Below, piece by piece: positions 19,061-28,780 of a stretch of 54,781 nt of DNA. A program made the position numbers and the translations under genes. The stretch's first letter is position 1; each line of letters starts with the position of its first letter. This DNA is from Candidatus Thorarchaeota archaeon. Lineage in GTDB: Archaea > Asgardarchaeota > Thorarchaeia > Thorarchaeales > Thorarchaeaceae. The notes beneath the pieces were generated by a model. It was not told the origin of the DNA and ran no database searches. It saw only the letters and a list, made by a program, of their open reading frames with translations. Location: contig JBHIAE010000019.1 in NCBI GenBank assembly GCA_046758445.1, forward strand, positions 1 through 54,781, read 5' to 3'.

Positions 19061-20665
19061 ATGGCTGCTGAGCAGTACCTCATTGCGGGGATACTAATCA
19101 TTGGAGCAGGGCTGGCGAAGATCGCAGAGAGACAGAGGTTCCCATACCCAATCCCGCTGATTATCGCAGGAATTGTACTTGGCCAGACTCTCCCCCACGA
19201 AGGAGTCCTAGAAACCATACCCCTTGAGTTCATTGCGCAGCTAACACTTGCCACAGTTCTATTCTATGCCGGACTCACAATGAATCTCAAAGAACTACGC
19301 CTATCATTGCGTGTAGTTGGCGCTCTTGCTTCGGTTGGTGTTCTTGCAACATCACTTATAGCTGGGCTGACGATTGGACTCTTGCTGCCAGTGTTAGCGG
19401 CAACGGCATTCCTTATTGGCGCAATTCTGTCCCCAACAGACCCCGCAGCTCTCTTCTCCGTCCTCGAATCAGGAGGGGTCAGAGTGAAGCGTAAAGTCTA
19501 CTCAATCCTTGAAGGAGAAGCGGTGTTCAACGACGCCACCTCGGTCATTCTTGTCATAACGGTATTCACTCCCTCCTTAGTACCGGCTCTATCTGTGCCT
19601 CTTCTTATTGCAGCGGCGGAATTTGGTCTGAGCCTAGGATTGGGAGTCATCATAGGATTTGCAGTCGCACATACAATAGGCAAGGTGATTCTGAGAGGCA
19701 ACGACCCCACCAATACGTCTATTTTGACTGCAACAACGCCGATACTCGCATACGGGCTCGGTGAGGCCCTCGGCTATTTTGGGCTGCATCCGGGGGCCAT
19801 AGCTGCTGTCTTCTCTGGCATCTTCATGGCAAACGCACGAAGGTTAGGTCTCGAAGTACTACCACAACGCTCGATGAGAGATACGACAAAGATCGTGTCC
19901 TTCGCGTTCGAGATAGTAATCTTCATCATGTTGGGCTATACTGTGAATATCCCGTTTGTTCTGGGAACTTACCCTGACACCCAAATCGGTATACTGCCCC
20001 TAGGCCTAGTGGTAGCGATGCTTGTCATTTTTGTTGCACGTCCAGCGGCAGTATTCTTGATCACAGCTCCCGACAGAGACCTATCAAATCAGGAGAGATT
20101 CTTCGTAAGTTGGGCGGGTGTGAAAGGAGTTGCAAGCGCAGCACTTGCAGCGATATCCGTGTCAATCATTATCGAGTATAAGGGTGCTTCAGTCCTCACT
20201 GACACTGTGACATCCATTGTGTTCATAGTCCTGATGGTGAGTCTGGTTGTGCAGGGATTAACTGCACCCTATTTTGCACAGAGACTGGGTCTCGAGGAAG
20301 AGATCGACGTATTAGAGGAAATCTCAGTACATCGGGACGCAACCAGACACGCCCTACTCAAGCTTGTTGATGAGTATACGGAGGGGAAGGTTGAAGCTCC
20401 CCTCTACCAACGATTGAAAGCAGAACTTGAGGAAGAAATATTCAGCCTAGAAGATGAATTGCGTAGACAGGCTGCGGAGAAAAGGGCCAGACTGCTGGAG
20501 CTTCAAGTCCGCGAGAGCATATACATGAATAAGCTCGACTACCTGAGGAATGAGTTCGAGCAGGGCAAGTTAAAGGAAGTTTCCTACTTCGATGAAAGGT
20601 CAGAAATTGAGCGGGAGCTCGATGAACTGGAAAGTCTGAAGAGACTCCAGAGACATGGTATCTGA
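19061..20665 (+). CDS. nhaP: CPA1/NhaP-type Na+(K+)/H+ antiporter with C-terminal coiled-coil tail
   Basis: LSPTDPAA, LEGEAVFNDA, FVARP and WAGVKG motifs; about 13 TMs. Confidence 0.9.
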   Translation: MAAEQYLIAGILIIGAGLAKIAERQRFPYPIPLIIAGIVLGQTLPHEGVLETIPLEFIAQLTLATVLFYAGLTMNLKELRLSLRVVGALASVGVLATSLIAGLTIGLLLPVLAATAFLIGAILSPTDPAALFSVLESGGVRVKRKVYSILEGEAVFNDATSVILVITVFTPSLVPALSVPLLIAAAEFGLSLGLGVIIGFAVAHTIGKVILRGNDPTNTSILTATTPILAYGLGEALGYFGLHPGAIAAVFSGIFMANARRLGLEVLPQRSMRDTTKIVSFAFEIVIFIMLGYTVNIPFVLGTYPDTQIGILPLGLVVAMLVIFVARPAAVFLITAPDRDLSNQERFFVSWAGVKGVASAALAAISVSIIIEYKGASVLTDTVTSIVFIVLMVSLVVQGLTAPYFAQRLGLEEEIDVLEEISVHRDATRHALLKLVDEYTEGKVEAPLYQRLKAELEEEIFSLEDELRRQAAEKRARLLELQVRESIYMNKLDYLRNEFEQGKLKEVSYFDERSEIERELDELESLKRLQRHGI

Positions 20666-20687
20666 CCGTCGATGTTGGAGTCGCTCT

Positions 20688-21362
20688 CTAGAACGATACC
20701 TTTCTGTAGAATTCGGGGAGCTGGATTCCAGTCTTCCCCATGAATATGTCACGAAGCAGATCGAAGTGTTCGTCAAGATCCTTCATCAGCTTCTCAAGGG
20801 CATGGGGTTCAATGTTCGGTTCAACACTCCACATAGTTAGGTAATTGCTGATTACCCCTATTTCCACGGCTCCCTCTTCAAGGTCTCTGAAGATTGTGAT
20901 CTTCACGAGGAACTCATTCTCGAACATGCCGAGAATATCCTGAATGCTGAGGACAATCAGATCCAGAAAACCAACAAGATCGTCAAGCTTCTTGTCTTCA
21001 GGTCCATCGCTTCGGAGAGTTTCAGTTATTGTCTGGAGAGACGAGGTCCTGTGTCTGAGAGTTTCGAACATCTTCATAAGCTTGGTGAACTCTTTGATAG
21101 AGGCCTCTAGTGAGGGTACAAGCTTGTCGAAGAGATTTACAAGTAGCTTGCCTCGGGCATTCTCGCGTATGTTCTGTAACCCTTCGAGCTTCCCTAGAGG
21201 TCCGTCAAGATGCTCAATCTGAACAAGAGTGTTTGTGACTGCTTGGATTGACTTGACCGAGTTGCGCTGAATCTTTGACCATCGTTCAATAAAGGTGTCA
21301 AGGCTCTCACGAAGGTCTTCAAATGCTTCAAAGTCAGCTCCAGCCAAGTTCCAAGTCTCCAA
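20688..21362 (-). CDS. Helical-bundle protein resembling eukaryotic CINP / C1orf109 (AIRIM)
   Basis: Long amphipathic helices; C-terminal MFENEFLVK...YLTMWSVEPNIE resembles the remembered CINP M..ELLLK...YLSMWLHQPYVE block. TTATAA box about 25 nt upstream of the TTG. Confidence 0.55.
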   Translation of the reverse strand: METWNLAGADFEAFEDLRESLDTFIERWSKIQRNSVKSIQAVTNTLVQIEHLDGPLGKLEGLQNIRENARGKLLVNLFDKLVPSLEASIKEFTKLMKMFETLRHRTSSLQTITETLRSDGPEDKKLDDLVGFLDLIVLSIQDILGMFENEFLVKITIFRDLEEGAVEIGVISNYLTMWSVEPNIEPHALEKLMKDLDEHFDLLRDIFMGKTGIQLPEFYRKVSF

Positions 21363-21502
21363 GAAAGTCTTCAGTTCAGGGGTTTATAACTATTCTGAGG
21401 TTGTTTGACTCTAAGGTATAAGAACTATAGAATATGGGCAAGAGTGGAGAGTTGGGACTCATCACACTCAGAGAAGTAGGATTCTCAGAGTTGCCCAAGT
21501 GC

Positions 21503-22096
21503 CTACTTGAGTCTGAGGAGATCGGAGCGCGTTAAGATACCTCTGAGCCGTCCTAGACTCTGCACCAAAACAGCTTGGTACTCGTGAAGCAGCGGTATTG
21601 CATGTATGATGGGGGCAGACTCATCAACTATTGGAGGTGCTTCCGGCGACATCACTGCCTGAACAGAAATCTGAGCTAGGTCGTGGTGGAGCTCTCTGAT
21701 GACATCCTGCTCTGTTATCATTCCAATGATTGTGTTTCCTCTCACAACCGGAATCTGCGAGTAGGCATTGTCCTGCATCAGCCTCATTGCTTGAGATGCA
21801 GGGTCCCTGGGGTCGACTGTGATAGGTTTCTCAATCATCAAGTCTGAACACTTGAAACCTCGGAACTGACCCACAAAACCTCTTCCAACTTTACGGCGTT
21901 CGATTATCTCTAAGGTTCGTGACACCACCGAGTGCTTGGGATCCAATGTGCCTCTTTCTACTCTCGCAACATAGGACTGTGATACTCCGAGCTCTCTCGC
22001 GAGTTCTTGCTGAGAGAGACCGGCCTCCTTTCTGAGCATTCCAAGTTTCTTGGCCTCACGTCGCATGACCTCTTGGACTCGGATTCGTTCCTGCAT
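21503..22096 (-). CDS. XRE-type HTH + tandem CBS domain transcriptional regulator
   Basis: LRKEAGLSQQELARELGVSQSYVARVERG HTH; CBS motifs YSQIPVV..GMITEQD and GILTRSDLL. Confidence 0.92.
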   Translation of the reverse strand: MQERIRVQEVMRREAKKLGMLRKEAGLSQQELARELGVSQSYVARVERGTLDPKHSVVSRTLEIIERRKVGRGFVGQFRGFKCSDLMIEKPITVDPRDPASQAMRLMQDNAYSQIPVVRGNTIIGMITEQDVIRELHHDLAQISVQAVMSPEAPPIVDESAPIIHAIPLLHEYQAVLVQSLGRLRGILTRSDLLRLK

Positions 22097-22130
22097 AAGT
22101 ACTAGCTCACTCGTTTCTTATTACTTCTAC

Positions 22131-22167
22131 TTATAAGGAGCTCTATCGTGATTACTCCTCCTTATAA
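22131..22167. promoter_or_regulatory. Perfect 10-bp inverted repeat TTATAAGGAG-N17-CTCCTTATAA containing back-to-back TATA boxes; putative operator
   Basis: Arms at 22131-22140 and 22158-22167, between the divergent HTH-CBS gene and mat. Confidence 0.55.
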
Positions 22168-22247
22168 AGGCCTTGGCCATATCCTAATCCTTTTATGCGT
22201 TTCAGTTTGCGCGGGGTGAACAAGAAGACAAGAAGAGTTGAACTAGA

Positions 22248-23447
22248 ATGAATATTGAAGTCACGCGTGGCGTAGGTACTCCAGTACCCGAGAGAAAAGT
22301 CGAGATTGTCGAACGCAAGGGGAAGGGACATCCTGACACCCTGTGCGACAAGGCAGCTGAGGAACTCTCGGTACGGCTCAGCGAGTTCTACATTGAAACA
22401 TTTGGTCAGGTTCAGCATCACAACCTTGACAAGGTCCTATTGGTTGGCGGGCAGTCCAACGCTCGTTTCGGGGGAGGCGATGTCATCGAACCCATCTATC
22501 TTCTCTTGAGTGGTCGTGCCGTTGACGTTGTTGACAAGGACTATGAACGTCAGGTTCCGGTGGGCAAGTTCGCTGTAGAACATACGAGAGAATGGCTCAG
22601 TGGAGACCTACCAAACTTGGACGTGAACTCAGATGTAATCATTGATTATAAGATTCGAGCGGGTAGTACTGATCTTGTGGGCAACTTTGAAGTGGGGGTC
22701 GACATCCCGAGAGCAAATGACACATCTTTTGGCGTGAGCTATGCCCCACTATCGCCCACAGAAGTGCTTGTACTTGAGGCGGAGCAGTTGCTGAATCACG
22801 CCTACACCAAGAAGAAGTGGCCGCAGATCGGCGAGGACATCAAGGTCATGGGCACAAGAGTAGGTGATAGCATCCACCTTCAGGTGGCTGCAGCAATAAT
22901 CTCCACGCACACCAAGGATGCCGATGAGTACGCCTCTGTAATGGAGGGTATTCGTGACATGCTTTGCGACATGGCTGTGAAGATCACAGACCAACCAGTC
23001 GAAGTGAGTGTTAACACTGCGGACAGTCCGGAGAATGGTCTCTTCTACCTGACTGTGACTGGCACGTCAGCAGAACACGGAGATGATGGGCAAGTTGGCC
23101 GAGGAAATAGGGCCAACGGACTCATCACCCCCTACCGACCTATGACCCTAGAAGCCGCTGGAGGCAAGAACCCTGTGTCCCATGTGGGCAAGACATACAA
23201 CGTCGCAGCCAGAGAAATCGTGGAGAGAGTCGTGGAGGAACACCCCGACTTATCTCAGGTCTATTGCTTTCTTGTGAGCCAGATTGGAGCTCCAATCACT
23301 GAACCGAAGGCTGTAAACGTGGAGCTCTATGGAGACTGTGATCTCAACAAAGTGACCGGCTCAGTCAGTAGCATATGTGATGATGTCATAGCAAAGCTTC
23401 CAACAGTATGGGAAGGGTTTGTGAAGAGACAGTACCAGCTCTGGTAG
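22248..23447 (+). CDS. mat: Methionine adenosyltransferase (archaeal-type SAM synthetase)
   Basis: VEIVERKGKGHPDTLCD, ANDTSFGV, GEDIKVMG, GDDGQVGRGNR and GKNPVSHVGK. Confidence 0.97.
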   Translation: MNIEVTRGVGTPVPERKVEIVERKGKGHPDTLCDKAAEELSVRLSEFYIETFGQVQHHNLDKVLLVGGQSNARFGGGDVIEPIYLLLSGRAVDVVDKDYERQVPVGKFAVEHTREWLSGDLPNLDVNSDVIIDYKIRAGSTDLVGNFEVGVDIPRANDTSFGVSYAPLSPTEVLVLEAEQLLNHAYTKKKWPQIGEDIKVMGTRVGDSIHLQVAAAIISTHTKDADEYASVMEGIRDMLCDMAVKITDQPVEVSVNTADSPENGLFYLTVTGTSAEHGDDGQVGRGNRANGLITPYRPMTLEAAGGKNPVSHVGKTYNVAAREIVERVVEEHPDLSQVYCFLVSQIGAPITEPKAVNVELYGDCDLNKVTGSVSSICDDVIAKLPTVWEGFVKRQYQLW

Positions 23448-23475
23448 ATCCAAAGTCTGGACTCTATTAGAACAA

Positions 23476-23516
23476 GCAAGGCTCTAACTTCGTGGGCCTT
23501 GCACCTTACTTGTTTT
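23476..23516 (+). terminator. Putative hairpin + T-rich terminator after mat
   Basis: GCAAGGCTC...GGGCCTTGC stem followed by CTTACTTGTTTT. Confidence 0.4.
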
Positions 23517-23594
23517 GCCGCAGAAGAAGAAATGGCGAGAGTCAGGAAGAGTATTATCGGCCTTCTCGTGAAGATTTCCCCGGATTTGGTGCGC

Positions 23595-25055
23595 ATGAGA
23601 GACCTCACTGACACCGCTTTGGAAATCTGCAGAAGTGAAGGGGCAACCTACGCAGACATTCGATTTGTGACAGTGCGTGATGAGGATATCTCAGTAAAAG
23701 ATGGGAATATCGACGTGCTTAGCTTGTCTGTTGTGAGAGGTTTCGGGATACGCGCCATCGCAAACGGCGGATGGGGATTCGCAGGTTCGCACGACATCTC
23801 AAAGAACGAAATCAAAGAAACCGCGAAGCTCGCAGTCAGGATTGCGAAGGCATCTGGCTCGACGAGAAAGGAACCAGTCAGGCTTGTGGAATCACAGTCG
23901 GTGGAGGATGATTACAAGACACGAGTCAAGCAGGACCCTTTTGAGGCGCCTATTGAAGAGAAACTTGAGATCCTCACAGAGGTGGACAAACGTCTGGGAA
24001 CACAGGACGATTCCATCAAGGTCAGGCGTGCTGATTTTCGAGCTCATAGTGAGGAGAAGACGTTTGCCAGTCTTGAAGGAGCATACATCACACAGGAAAT
24101 CGTGTGGTGTGGCGGAGGATTCTCATGTGTGGCTATTGCCCCCGGGGTCCCTCCGCAGACTCGGTCATTCCCCGGATCATTTCGCGGCGACTTCTCGGCA
24201 AGTGGATACGAGTATTTCAAGAATCTCGACCTATTGGAGAACGTAGATGCCGTTGCGAGAGAGGCAGTTGCACTCACTCAAGCCGCAGCTTGTCCAAGTG
24301 AGGAGACTACGCTTCTACTCGATGGCCATCAACTCATGCTCCAGATACATGAGAGCTGTGGACATCCAACAGAGCTCGACAGAGCGTTGGGAACTGAGGC
24401 GGCCTATGCTGGCACGAGTTTCATGACCACCGACTTGCTTGGCACTCTCAGGTACGGTAGCGAGGATGTCACATTTACAGCTGACTCTACGCTTGAGGGA
24501 GGGCTTGGTACGTTTGGCTACGACGACGAGGGAGTGAAGGCCAGAAGAGTCGAGCTTGTGCGAAACGGAATCTTCGTAGGGTATCAAAGCTCCAGGGAAA
24601 CTGCCGCCCAAGTGGGTCTTGAATCGAGCTCCGGCGGGATGAGAGCTGATAGTCCTCAAAGAATACCCTTGATTCGAATGGGGAACATAAACCTAGACCC
24701 GTCTGGTTGGAAACACAGCGACATCATCGAGGACACCAAGAGAGGAATCCTCATGTCCACTAACAAGAGTTGGAGCATCGATGACAAGAGATTGAACTTC
24801 CAATTCGGCACCGAGATAGCATGGGAGGTCGTGAATGGCGAACTCGGGCGAATCTTTCGTAACCCCACATACACCGGCATCACTCCTGAGTTCTGGGGAG
24901 GGCTTGATGCTTCTTCTAGTGATGACTGGCGACTCTGGGGAACTCCTAACTGCGGGAAGGGACAACCATCCCAGATCATGTCCGTCGGACACGGATGCGG
25001 CACAGCTCGATTCAGGAATGTGAAGGTTGGAATCGTGAAGGAGGAGGCTTCGTAG
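23595..25055 (+). CDS. tldD: TldD family metalloprotease
   Basis: YADIR, IHESCGHPTELD, YDDEGV, RMGNI and CGKGQP. Start moved to ATG 23595. Confidence 0.94.
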   Translation: MRDLTDTALEICRSEGATYADIRFVTVRDEDISVKDGNIDVLSLSVVRGFGIRAIANGGWGFAGSHDISKNEIKETAKLAVRIAKASGSTRKEPVRLVESQSVEDDYKTRVKQDPFEAPIEEKLEILTEVDKRLGTQDDSIKVRRADFRAHSEEKTFASLEGAYITQEIVWCGGGFSCVAIAPGVPPQTRSFPGSFRGDFSASGYEYFKNLDLLENVDAVAREAVALTQAAACPSEETTLLLDGHQLMLQIHESCGHPTELDRALGTEAAYAGTSFMTTDLLGTLRYGSEDVTFTADSTLEGGLGTFGYDDEGVKARRVELVRNGIFVGYQSSRETAAQVGLESSSGGMRADSPQRIPLIRMGNINLDPSGWKHSDIIEDTKRGILMSTNKSWSIDDKRLNFQFGTEIAWEVVNGELGRIFRNPTYTGITPEFWGGLDASSSDDWRLWGTPNCGKGQPSQIMSVGHGCGTARFRNVKVGIVKEEAS

Positions 25056-25056
25056 T

Positions 25057-26433
25057 ATGGATTTCAAGAAGGAGCTGCTCCTGGAGAAGGCGGGCATTGC
25101 ACTCAGCAAAGCCGAGGCTCTGGGAGTTACTCAGGCGGAGGTCGAAGTCAGTCTAATAAGAATGGCACTGACTCGTTTGGCAAATAGCATCATAGATCAG
25201 AATATAGTAGAGAATCGTGCGCAAACGAGAGTCTTGTTATATCTTGACAAGCAAAAGGGATCTGTAAGCATTGAAGCTCTCGATCACAAATCCATCACAG
25301 AGGCTGCTGAATCGGCAATCAAGATGGCGCGTGTTGCCCCCGAGGACAAGGACTTCAAATCGCTCCCACCTCCAAAACCGTACTTCTCTTCACTGACTAG
25401 GCAGAAGCTTGTCTGCCAGGCTACGGCTGATGCCACTCCTGAGGAACGAGCGGAGTTTGCAGCGACAGCTATTCAGACGGCCCACGGGGTGGACGAGCGC
25501 ATCTCCACCGTGGCTGGCGCAATATCTAACTACCTCAGAGAAACCGTGATAGCGAACTCTCTGGGGGTAGAGGCATATCAGGCGAGCACTGGCTCGGATG
25601 TGAATCTTACAATAATGGGGAAGGATGGTGCTGACGAATCTGCCGGCTGGGCAGAGGACAGCCAAAGAGACTTTCGGAAATTAAATGTTGTAAAGGTAGC
25701 TGAAACTGCTGCGAATAAGGCTGCCAGCAGCTTTGGAGTCAAGGCACTCAAATCAGGAGATTACGAAGCGATTCTCGAGCCGGCTTCGTTTGCAGAACTT
25801 GGTCTGTTCATGATTTGGATTGGCTTCAGTGCCCTTGCATATCAGGAATATCGGAGTTTCCTTAGAAACCACATAGGAGAGAGGATGTTCTCCGACAAGC
25901 TAACTCTATGGGACGACGGCCTCGACAATCGATTCCCTACCCCGCAGCTCTTCGACGATGAGGGGTACCCCAAGTCCAGACTGAACCTCATCGACAATGG
26001 AGTCGTGAAGAATCTGCTCTATGACAGCTATACTGCCGGGAAGGATGACGAAGTGAGTACCGGCCACAACACGAAGACGAGAGGGGCTTCTGCGCCCTTC
26101 GCGCGTCATCTTATCACAAAGGAAGGCAAGTTCTCAATAGATGAGATGATAGCTGACACAAAGAGAGGTATCTTGATCACTCACTTTCACTACACAAACC
26201 CGGTGGACCCCACCAAAGGAATGCTTACAGGTTTGACTCGCGATGGAACATGGCTCATCGAGAATGGAGAGATTGAGTATCCTGTTGGGACACTGAGATT
26301 CACTGATGCCATTCCTCGGATCCTGGCAAAGATAGACATGATTGGCAAGTATCCTGATCTCAGAGGCAGTAGTGCAATCCTCCCGCCATTGAAGGTTCCT
26401 TCATTTCGAGTGACTGGCTCCAGCCAAGGGTGA
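25057..26433 (+). CDS. pmbA: TldE/PmbA family protein
   Basis: TRLANSII.QN, FDDEG.P, STGH and TGLTRDG; no HExxxH; directly downstream of tldD. Confidence 0.9.
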   Translation: MDFKKELLLEKAGIALSKAEALGVTQAEVEVSLIRMALTRLANSIIDQNIVENRAQTRVLLYLDKQKGSVSIEALDHKSITEAAESAIKMARVAPEDKDFKSLPPPKPYFSSLTRQKLVCQATADATPEERAEFAATAIQTAHGVDERISTVAGAISNYLRETVIANSLGVEAYQASTGSDVNLTIMGKDGADESAGWAEDSQRDFRKLNVVKVAETAANKAASSFGVKALKSGDYEAILEPASFAELGLFMIWIGFSALAYQEYRSFLRNHIGERMFSDKLTLWDDGLDNRFPTPQLFDDEGYPKSRLNLIDNGVVKNLLYDSYTAGKDDEVSTGHNTKTRGASAPFARHLITKEGKFSIDEMIADTKRGILITHFHYTNPVDPTKGMLTGLTRDGTWLIENGEIEYPVGTLRFTDAIPRILAKIDMIGKYPDLRGSSAILPPLKVPSFRVTGSSQG

Positions 26434-26446
26434 GAAGCATATGTGA

Positions 26447-27301
26447 TCACTTCTTCTTGATGAAGGTACCATTCCTGTACTCTTCGAAGGCTATTCGAAG
26501 CTCTTCTTGAGTATTCATGACTATCGGCCCTCTCCATGCCACTGGCTCACCAATGGGTTTTCCGGAAATCAGAAGAAAACGAAGAGGTTCGTGATTGTTG
26601 GAAATGACTATCTCATCCCCATCTCCATAGAGTATAACTCTCTCGGCTCCATAGGTTTCAGACTTGTCAGGGTCGAAATAACCAGTCCCGCTAATGACAT
26701 AGGCAAACATAGTATGCCCCAACTTCACCGAGTATCTGAACTCTGAGTGGGGATTGACAGTGACATCTAAGTACTCAGGGTCTGTAACGATATCCTGCAC
26801 TGGTCCTTTGACTCCCTCCAGCTCACCACAGATAATCTTGACCTTGGCGACATCACCAACAGCAACCTCAGGAATGGTTTCCGCCTTCACGTCGCGATAT
26901 CTCGGGTCCATCATCTTGTGAGAAGCTGGTAGATTGGCCCAGAGCTGGAAGCCCCAAAGAAGACCATTCTGACGCTCGGGCATCTCTTCATGTATTATTC
27001 CACTCCCGGCGGTCATCCACTGAACATCACCAGACCCAATGACTCCAGAATTGCCAAGACTGTCGCCGTGTCTAAGTTCGCCATGGAGCAAATACGAAAC
27101 GCTCTCGAGACCTCTATGTGGGTGCCACGGGAACCCAGCTACATAGTCATCAGGATTGGATGAATGAAAGTCATCGAGCAGAAGGAAGGGGTCGAACATC
27201 GGCACTTGGTAGAAGCCCAAGGCACGCTTAAGGCGGACGCCAGCCCCTTCCAATGTAGGCTTGCTCTTCAACACTTCCTCAATAAGCCGAAACTGTCCCA
27301 T
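26447..27301 (-). CDS. Pirin family bicupin protein
   Basis: DPFLLLD, FPWHPHRG.E, QWMTAGSGIIHEE, GFQLW.NLP and GPIVMNT. Start moved to ATG 27301 after GAGGT. Confidence 0.95.
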   Translation of the reverse strand: MGQFRLIEEVLKSKPTLEGAGVRLKRALGFYQVPMFDPFLLLDDFHSSNPDDYVAGFPWHPHRGLESVSYLLHGELRHGDSLGNSGVIGSGDVQWMTAGSGIIHEEMPERQNGLLWGFQLWANLPASHKMMDPRYRDVKAETIPEVAVGDVAKVKIICGELEGVKGPVQDIVTDPEYLDVTVNPHSEFRYSVKLGHTMFAYVISGTGYFDPDKSETYGAERVILYGDGDEIVISNNHEPLRFLLISGKPIGEPVAWRGPIVMNTQEELRIAFEEYRNGTFIKKK

Positions 27302-27436
27302 GTTCTGTACCTCTCGAACCAGATAGAATAACAATAGTTTATTCTTTAATAAAAGGCTTCAGTAATGGCAGAAAGTTGTTCCGTTCGCGAAACGCTTAGT
27401 TCTTCCGAGCAGTCCAACTGAAGTGTGTTTGACGAC

Positions 27437-28690
27437 CTACTCAAGAACTCTGGTAGATAACTCGTCCAGCTCCGATTCCAAACCCTCGAGAAAACTACAT
27501 GTTCCTCGATCCATTATCTCTTCCACTATCTCAGTCATCTGTGCCGTTAGCTGAAGGCGCTCTGACAGCTCTCCACTGTTCCTCAATTCCTCGAGGTTTT
27601 CCACTCCTTGCTCAAGCCGCTTAGCCAGTTCATTGAAGGGGTCTGAGTCACTCCAGGGTCTGTGGAGATTATACCTCATCCGAAAGGCAATGTCCAGAAG
27701 TACGCCCAACACCTTGTTGTTGACCTCGTGCTCGTGAGGGACTCTGTGTCGCACAGATCGGTCAGATATTCCTACTTGCCTGCATATGCCATATCCCAGA
27801 GTCATTACTCTCACAGGCAGATGTTTGTAGATAGGGTGACCATAGGGATGGTTGTTCTCGTACACTCTCTCCAAGAGCATGAGCTTGTCCGGAAACTGCT
27901 GTCTTACCACATTCAAGAAGTAATCCTTCTGATGGCCGGGCTTCAACGTCATCCCACCCCAGAGGATGAACTCGGCTCGAACGCTCTTTGCACTCTCCGC
28001 TAGGTCCTTCATGTTCCCTACATTGTCGCCGATTCCAGGGATGATTGGTGTGGCCATCACACCACCATAGAGCCCTGCCTTTCTGATCTCCTTTAGCGCC
28101 TCAAAGCGCTCTGCAGTGGTAGATGACCTCGGCTCGAAGATCTTCTGTGTATCTTCGTCATGTAGTGTGATAGTAAAGACCACATTGGCAAATGCTCTCT
28201 CGTGGATCTCCTTCAAGATGTCGAGGTCTCTGAGGACAAGGTCTGACTTGGTTAGGATATATACGGGCATGCAAAAGTCAAGAAGGGTTTCTAAGACCCT
28301 CCGTGTAACCTCATACTCCTCTTCAGCAGGTTGGTAGGCGTCACTGACCCCTCCACTTGCCCCAATGACTTGTTTCCGAGGAGCCTTTTCAGCAATTCTT
28401 GTGGCATCGTCCTTGTCCAAGTAGGTCCAAAGAGTTTCAGTCTCTAATTCGTTCTGCGATACAAATCCTTCCTTCTTCAACTCTTTTCTGAGAACCTCAG
28501 GTGCGTTTTCCTTGATTCGAATATGGCTCAGGAAGTTTTCGACGTAATAGCCCTCCGACATCCCGTCGCAATAGACACAGCCATGCTCACATCCGCGATA
28601 TGCGTTCATTGACCTATTGATGTGGAACCAACTCTCAGCCTCCATCTTCTTCGAGAGAAGCGACTTGGCCTTGACACATTCATATCGCAT
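27437..28690 (-). CDS. SPL-like radical SAM protein with C-terminal degenerate HhH/PolX-N-like domain
   Basis: YRGCEHGCVYCD (CxxxCxxC), SDAYQPAE, ILTKSDLVLRD and FEP. Start probably ATG 28690. Confidence 0.85.
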   Translation of the reverse strand: MRYECVKAKSLLSKKMEAESWFHINRSMNAYRGCEHGCVYCDGMSEGYYVENFLSHIRIKENAPEVLRKELKKEGFVSQNELETETLWTYLDKDDATRIAEKAPRKQVIGASGGVSDAYQPAEEEYEVTRRVLETLLDFCMPVYILTKSDLVLRDLDILKEIHERAFANVVFTITLHDEDTQKIFEPRSSTTAERFEALKEIRKAGLYGGVMATPIIPGIGDNVGNMKDLAESAKSVRAEFILWGGMTLKPGHQKDYFLNVVRQQFPDKLMLLERVYENNHPYGHPIYKHLPVRVMTLGYGICRQVGISDRSVRHRVPHEHEVNNKVLGVLLDIAFRMRYNLHRPWSDSDPFNELAKRLEQGVENLEELRNSGELSERLQLTAQMTEIVEEIMDRGTCSFLEGLESELDELSTRVLE

Positions 28691-28780
28691 CGCACGAACT
28701 TCCAAGCGTGAAACTCGTCCCAGTCTAGCGGCTGCGAGCATATGACTTTGCTGGACAAGAGGATGTCTTTCGCAATCTTC

